Shown here: positions 57,559-64,000 of the stretch, in pieces
Position numbering within the stretch: the stretch's first letter is position 1
Layout of the letters: every line of letters starts with the position of its first letter
Source: the human T2T-CHM13v2.0 reference genome, Homo sapiens
Length of the DNA: 64,000 nucleotides
Direction: 5' to 3' (one strand)
NCBI RefSeq assembly: GCF_009914755.1
Contig: NC_060927.1
Notes under the pieces: generated by a model
Told to the model about the DNA's origin: nothing
What the model saw: only the letters and a program-made list of their open reading frames with translations
Databases searched by the model: none
Position numbers and translations under genes: made by a program

Positions 57559-57729
57559 TAAGATGTTTTATGTACATGGTCTCATGTAAACTTCTCAACA
57601 ACACAATGTTATAGCTGTTATTGACCACAACTTACAGATAAAGACATTGAGGCCCAGATTTTCTCTCTGGGACTGTACCTCTGTGTTTTCTGTAGAGAGC
57701 TTGCTTACACCATTCAGGATGGCCTAACT

Positions 57730-57897
57730 TAGTGGTCGTCAACCTTGGCTGCACATTGGAATCACCAGGAGTGTTTAAAAAAATCCCAGTGTTCAGACCA
57801 TGCCCCTGACCAATTGAGTCAGAAACTCTGGGAGTGGGACCTGGCATCAATATTTTTAATAGCTCTCTAGTGTGCAGCCAAAATTGAGAATCACCAG
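57730..57897. mobile_element. MER5-type MITE
   Basis: agtggtcgtcaaccttggctgcacattggaatcacc...tcagaaactctgggagtggg...gtgcagccaaaattgagaatcac. Confidence 0.8.
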
Positions 57898-60500
57898 CCC
57901 ACAGCCTGTTCTTTCTTAAGAAAGTAATAATGAGAAGAGCGAGCCAAGCCACATTTTGTTTTCTCAGCCACAACCCTAATAATGAGGCACGCAACCAGAC
58001 CCCATAAGGGTCCTAGAGCAGGAAAGCAGGCTACTGAAACTATGGATAGTAATGCTGCTGATTTGGGGCCTTCATGATTTGGATGGCAGCTGTGGTCCAA
58101 TGTCATTTATTTCCATGTGGATATAATAGGCCTTATGAAGTTGTGGCAAATAGAAGGATTAGTAACATAAGCAAGACATTCTTCTATCTAGGGATGTTTA
58201 TTTTTTAAAATCTGGTGTATAAGAAGCTTATGGGTTAGATACTTGAACAGTAATTAATAATACTTGAAACAAAATTCTGATGCCTGGGCTCTGATAGAGG
58301 GGGCTTCTGTATATATCAGTGTGGTTTTTGCCAATGCTCTTACAAGAAGGGTGACATCTTGCCTTTCTGAGAGGCCCACACCTTGTAGGGCTGGACCTGC
58401 TCACTCATTTTATGCCTTTCGTTGAGCCCATGTTCCCAGACGGCCTGTACTCTAATTTACAAAATGAGATCATTCTATAGCTCAAGTCCAACCCTCTTGT
58501 TTTATAGATTACAGAAGCAAGTCTCAGAGAGGAGCTCATGGTTTGAATTATGAGTTCTGATTCCTTGATATTCTTTCCACAATGCCTGATCAAAGTTGTA
58601 GAAGTCTTTAGAGTATATCAAGGGCTTTTGTATATTTCCTTTTGATGTCTTTTTATAAATTATACTCTGAAGTGCTGTATTTTATTCTTTAAACTGCATT
58701 CTAACTGTTCTTTACAATTTATTCTGAAACATCATGTTCATTTATTCTTTTAACAAATATTCACTATGCACCTACTATGGGGTAGGCATTGAAGTAAATG
58801 CCATAGACAGTTATTGTATGATGGAGCCTGCAGTGACATTTTAGTCAAAACCAATAGGTTTATGACCTTTACTGACCTTACAAAATAACCCCCATAGTTG
58901 TTAGGGGGCTAATGTTTGTGGCTTTCTATATTTCATCTTTTCATGCCACTGTCCTGGCTCCCCAAATAGATTGTGTGCTCTTGGAGGAAGAATTTTATGT
59001 GTTTCACTCTGTGTCCAAAGCCTATTTCAGTTCCATAAATTATCTATAAGCAGCAGTGTTGGAAGACTGGGAACGTGATGGTTGTTAGATGTGTTAATTA
59101 AACTGTAGCCCGTGTTTCTGATAGGTCTTATTTGTTTAGGTTTTAGGAGCTGGTGGCATAAGCATTCCTGCCTTCTGTCCTAATCCAGTTTCCTCTGATA
59201 AAAGTATTATTAGAATGTGATATCAGACATTTCCCAAAAAGAAGAACTTGAGAAACAGTTTCCTTCTGCGGATGTGCTGTGTAATCCAGTTGTAGACACC
59301 TCTCTACCTGGGATCCTTGATCTCTCCTCTTCCCCTTTGTGCATGATATTTTTGTCGATTCCCTCATTTGAAATAATACCTCATCCTCCCATATTTTATC
59401 AGCATTTGCACGAGCACTTGCCTTCCGACCTGCCTTCATTTCCTCTTCTCCTTTCTTCCTGAATACTCACTCTGCCAAGCACTGGAGACGTAAAGATGTA
59501 TCAAACATACTTGGTCTCTACTCTAAAGAAGTTTGCAGTTCAGAATGGGAGGTGGACATGTAGGCAACCAGATTTCAAGTCTCCAGGCAAGCTTTTTGTC
59601 TGTTTTGTCCACGGCTAAATCCAAACTGCCTACAAAAGTGCTAAGAACATTGTTGGCACTTGAGGAATATTTGTTGAATGGATAAATAATCTCTCAGACC
59701 CAAGCATGCATACATATGTGTGGATATATATATAAATTATAAGGTCCAGTGAGACTACAGAGGTGGGAAAACTTTGCTGAATCAAGTTCTAAATCATGAG
59801 TCGGATTTGGTCAGGCAAAGATTCTATTCTTATTTTAGGTAAGGACTAGGTCTTTATCTTCATTTTCTCATATTGTATGCAGTAAGCTTCATGCGTCATG
59901 ATTGTTCAGAAATGTCTGTGGCATTGGAATGAAGTTTTTTCTAGCCAGGCAAGAACTCTGCATCTTCACTTCTCAGATTCTTTACCCAGCCTGTATTAAA
60001 GGACATACTGGTCCTAGTACTGCTGCCAAACCTCCTCGCCACACCTACTTCTTCCCAGAGCTGACCCTGGAAGATTTGTAAGGCCTCTGCCTTTTGAAAA
60101 GATGGAACCAGGATGGTTTACACAGCCTCTCCTGCTACAGCAGGCTCCCTGGGACTTGTCTGGAATGCTCCAATATGGTGTTCAGCTGTGCCCCAGAGTT
60201 GCTCAAATCAGTGGAGTTTGCTTCCCATGCATAGATCCTTACTTTATCAGTCGCAGGATATTCCAAACATGGCCTTTTGCTTCTAGAAATTTCTGGAATT
60301 CCTTCTGTGTGAGGTTTAATGGGCACAATAGTTGGATAAATGGGGCTTTTAATCACTTCCTCAGTAATTAACTCAATCCAGCAAATACTTCTCGAGAACC
60401 TGTTCTAAAGCAGGCACTGACCTAAGCAAGTGGGACGTTCAGTGACAAGGAACGAAGAGTCCAGTCCTGCCTTCAAGGAGTTTATAGGTGTTAGTGGTCG

Positions 60501-60548
60501 GTGTGTATGTGTGAGTGTGTGTGAGAGTGTGTGTGTGTGTGTGTGTGT
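60501..60548. repeat. (TG)n microsatellite
   Basis: Seen directly. Confidence 0.95.
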
Positions 60549-61259
60549 TACTGGGTAAGGAGGAGAAGTGGGGGATTAAGAAAGTCTTTCAGTAACTTCA
60601 GTACAAGGCAGAATATGATAGGTACCAAAGAAGAGGAGGGTCTTGGCAGTCCAGGTGGCTAGAATGAGTGTCTGGGTGTGGACAGATTTGAGAGTGTGGA
60701 GGAGTGGTGCCATGGAGGAAACAAAAGTAATGAAAACCAAAGGAAGTAGAGTCATATGGCACCCACAGGATGGACAGCCAGCACAGGAAAATAAGGCTAA
60801 ATAATTATCTAGCCTCACAGTTTGTTTTGACAGGAAAACTCAATGTGCCTTCCAGATGCTCCAGAAATGGGATAAGGCACCAGGGAGGCTAAGCCGAGAA
60901 TTTAAGCTTTAGCTCAGCCATGGACTGGTTCTGTGACCTCAGATCCTCAGGTGGGAGTGCATGGATGGTGCATTTGCAGCCTACGGCCCTTATCAACTGG
61001 AGACTGTGGTTCCTAAAGCTGTGCCCTTCTCCCTCTACTGGAGCTCCATATTCTGGCCAGCTTTTGTTGCATAAATCCTGAGTGAGGGATGCTTAACCAG
61101 GGAAACTAGAAGGCAGGCATTAGGGAGAAGGGAAATAGTGTAGAGGACAGAGGGGAGATGACCTGACCTTTATTTCTTACCATATTTCAGGGCTTTTTGC
61201 TCCTTTGACTGCAAAAGGAGAGAAAGATAAATTAAACTTTCTCTTTCAGAATGCTATAC

Positions 61260-61302
61260 TTTGCCATTACTTTTAATGGCAAAAACTGCAATTACTTTTG
61301 CA
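61260..61302. mobile_element. MADE1 fragment
   Basis: tttgccattacttttaatggcaaaaactgcaattacttttgca. Confidence 0.85.
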
Positions 61303-63189
61303 ATATTTGTGGCATGTTTGATTTAGGATTTAGCAGTCTAAACCTCCAATAAACTGTTTACATACTTCCAATCTCATGGATTCAAGAATTACACCGAGGC
61401 CTTTGCTATGCAGTTATAACTTGTTAAATAATTTCTTTTTCCCTTTAGTGTCTGAACCTCTTAGAGGGTTGCAAGCTTTATCATGTGCCTTTATATTTTG
61501 CTAAATTAAGCTTTTTCTCCCTACTTCACCAAGTCACTTTAACACCTCATGCCATAGGTTATAAAATAGATTGCCCCATAAAAAATACAGTTTCTCATTC
61601 AGAATGAGTGAGATTTGTCTTCACAGATATTTTTGACCAAAGGAATGCAATCAAAAGAAGGGACATGATTATTCATTAGTCTATTATTATTCTCTTATTT
61701 TGTCTCCTGGCAGTGGCTAGGGAGCTTTAGCCCCCATCTCTATGTGGCTGATCTACATGTGCTGAGCATCCCCACAGGAAATAGCAAGGCCAGCTGATTG
61801 ATGCCCAGCCCTCAGCATGTGTGCCTTCTCTCCAGATGTGCAGTTTGGCTGTTGGTCTACCCTGAAGTGGGCTTGGGGTGCCCTTCCCTCAGATGTGATA
61901 CTAACTTTGAATTCCCAGTCAGCCTCTGAGAGTTTGAGCATTTGAAAGTGTGAGAAAGGGTGTGTTGGTTCACTTGGTAGCTATTCAAACTTGGAGTTTC
62001 GTTGGGCCCCAAGTCTAGTTTGGGGTATATCTCCTCCAAAATGGCCAATTAATTCCTTAAAGTATCACTCATTCATGCTACTCTCTACCTCAGGTCCTTC
62101 CATCATAGAATCACAGGATCAGAGAATTTTAGAGTTAGGAGGAGCCTTAGAGATGTGATTCAACTCTCTCCAAAGGGACCCCTACTATTATATCTTAGGG
62201 TCTGTATATTCTAAATATTTTTTTCACTTTTCCTTTGGCATGGGAAACTTTGAATTTTGGAAAAGCTGGAAATTTAGCACTGCCTGCTGACTTCATGTAC
62301 CAAATCCAAACTTCAAGATGTTACAAAAGAGACAGGTTGAGCCATCAAAGGACCAAGAGTCATAGAAAGAGTGGCTTCCCCTGAATAACTACAGGGCTGG
62401 AAGAGGGGATTGGGAGTGGTAGAGCCTAGATTATAGCACTGGTCATTTTCTTTTCTGAGAGGCTGCCCTATTCTATATCCATCTTATCTGGAGGAATACA
62501 AATTTCACCCTGTTCCCAGGCATATATTACTTGCCAAGGGAATTAAAATAAGCTTATATCTGAAGAAAATTATTCATTTCAGAAGCATGAACAATAAAAA
62601 AGACAGACTAATCAGAATAACTTATACAAAAACAGTGTAAATAATGGAAAAGACGAATAGGAATGTGAAGTGAAAATAGTGAGACATACTATGTTGGGGC
62701 AGGTAAGGGAATATTATTTGGTACCCAAAGGATAGCAATTTGGCAGTATCCAAAGAAACTTAAAGTAAATATACTTTTTACTCAGCAGTTCCACCTCTAC
62801 AAAATTAAGCTATTGCTACTATTTTGGAGCCAAGACATGCAAAGTGGGAATTTGAGCTGAAGAAAGAATGGGAGCAGAGCTAAGCCAAGGGATGTGGGCA
62901 TGAATGGCCACCTGGGGTAGGTACTCTGGGCTCCAGTGTTCATAAGCAAAACTCAACTGAGCTTTACTGGGTTGAGACCAGCTTAATCTTACTCTCTAAA
63001 CATACACCCAACCTAAAGAAGGATGTATACACAGCTCTGAACATTTACTGGCTTCTGAATTCACGTGGCTGTACAGAAAGGCCTCCTCTTTATCTTTGAA
63101 TTCTTATGATCTCCTATATTTAAAGAGCATCAGTGAAAATATGAAATAAGGAGATCTAAAAATTCTCTTCTCCACAGAAAGCCCATAGT

Positions 63190-64000
63190 AATGGATTGTA
63201 AAACAATATTAAGATGCTAAAACTCCATAAATTTATCTACCTGTTCAATGAAATTCCTATCAAAATCCAGATGCCTTTTCTTTTTTTTTTTCAGAAATTG
63301 ACAAGGTGATTCTAAAACACATATAGAAATGCACAGGGCTCAGAATAGCCAAAACAACCTTGAAAAAGAACAAAGTTGAAGGACTCACACTTTCCAACTT
63401 CAAAACTTTCTAAAAGGTAGCATAATCAAGACTATGTGATACTGGCATAAGGACAGAAATATAGATGAATAGAATACAATTGAGAGTCTAAAAATAAACC
63501 CATCCACTCATAGTAAATTTGTTTTTGATGAGGGTGTGAAGACAATTCAATGGTGAAAGAAAAGTCTTTTCAACAAATGGTACTAGGACAACGGTAATTG
63601 TATATCCACATACGAAAGAGTGAAATTGTATCCCTACCTCACCCCATACACAAAACAACTTAAAATGGGTTAAAGAACTAAATGCAAGGCTAAACTATAA
63701 AATGCTTAGAAGAAAACATACAAGTAACTCTTCATGACTGTAGGCAATGGTGTTTTAGATATGACACTAAAAGCACTAGGAACAAAATAAAACAAAAAAC
63801 CTCATATAAATTGGACTTCATCAAATTTAAAATCACTTGTGCCTCAAAGGACACATTTAAAAAGTGAAAATACAACACACAGAATGGCAGGAGTATATTA
63901 GCAAGTCATATATCTGCTAAGCATGTAGTATTCTAGCATCTAGAGTATATAAAGAATTTTTATATTACAACAATAAAAGACAAAAAACCCAGTTAAAAAT
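63190..64000 (+). mobile_element. Old L1M ORF2 fragment, running off the window end
   Basis: gaaattcctatcaaaatcc...cagaaattgacaag...gaaaaagaacaaagttgaaggactcacac...ggacttcatcaaa. Confidence 0.85.

Noticed and set aside
58900-62100. Unique DNA with several + strand acceptor-like sites and 70-98 aa ORFs
   Set aside because: No acceptor/donor pair with a recognisable reading frame; exons may exist but cannot be supported from sequence alone.

Overview
Primate, human-like nuclear DNA that is AT-rich and dominated by interspersed repeats: L1 of many ages (L1PA, L1MA/MB, L1MC-ME), Alu (J, S, Y), L2, MIR, MaLR LTRs (THE1, MLT1), hAT MITEs (MER5, MER33, MER58, MER96B-like) and MADE1. Family calls are from recognition of consensus sequence, so subfamilies and the edges of old elements are approximate. 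I can support no intact protein-coding gene: the longer ORFs are L1 ORF1/ORF2, L2 or Alu remnants, or chance ORFs. The one clear functional landmark is a small CpG island at about 37.73-38.03 kb. It looks like a bidirectional promoter, with a strong + strand splice donor at 37969/37970 and a - strand donor at 37687/37686. Three candidate - strand internal exons (36661-36732, 32669-32756, 19101-19165) suggest a divergent spliced lncRNA, but I cannot name the gene. The most unusual observations are self-templated insertions inside L1s, an L1+Alu unit within a single TSD pair, an L1 insertion that replaced about 2.5 kb of an older L1, a twin-primed L1 and nested hAT MITEs. I found no evidence for a new multi-gene system.
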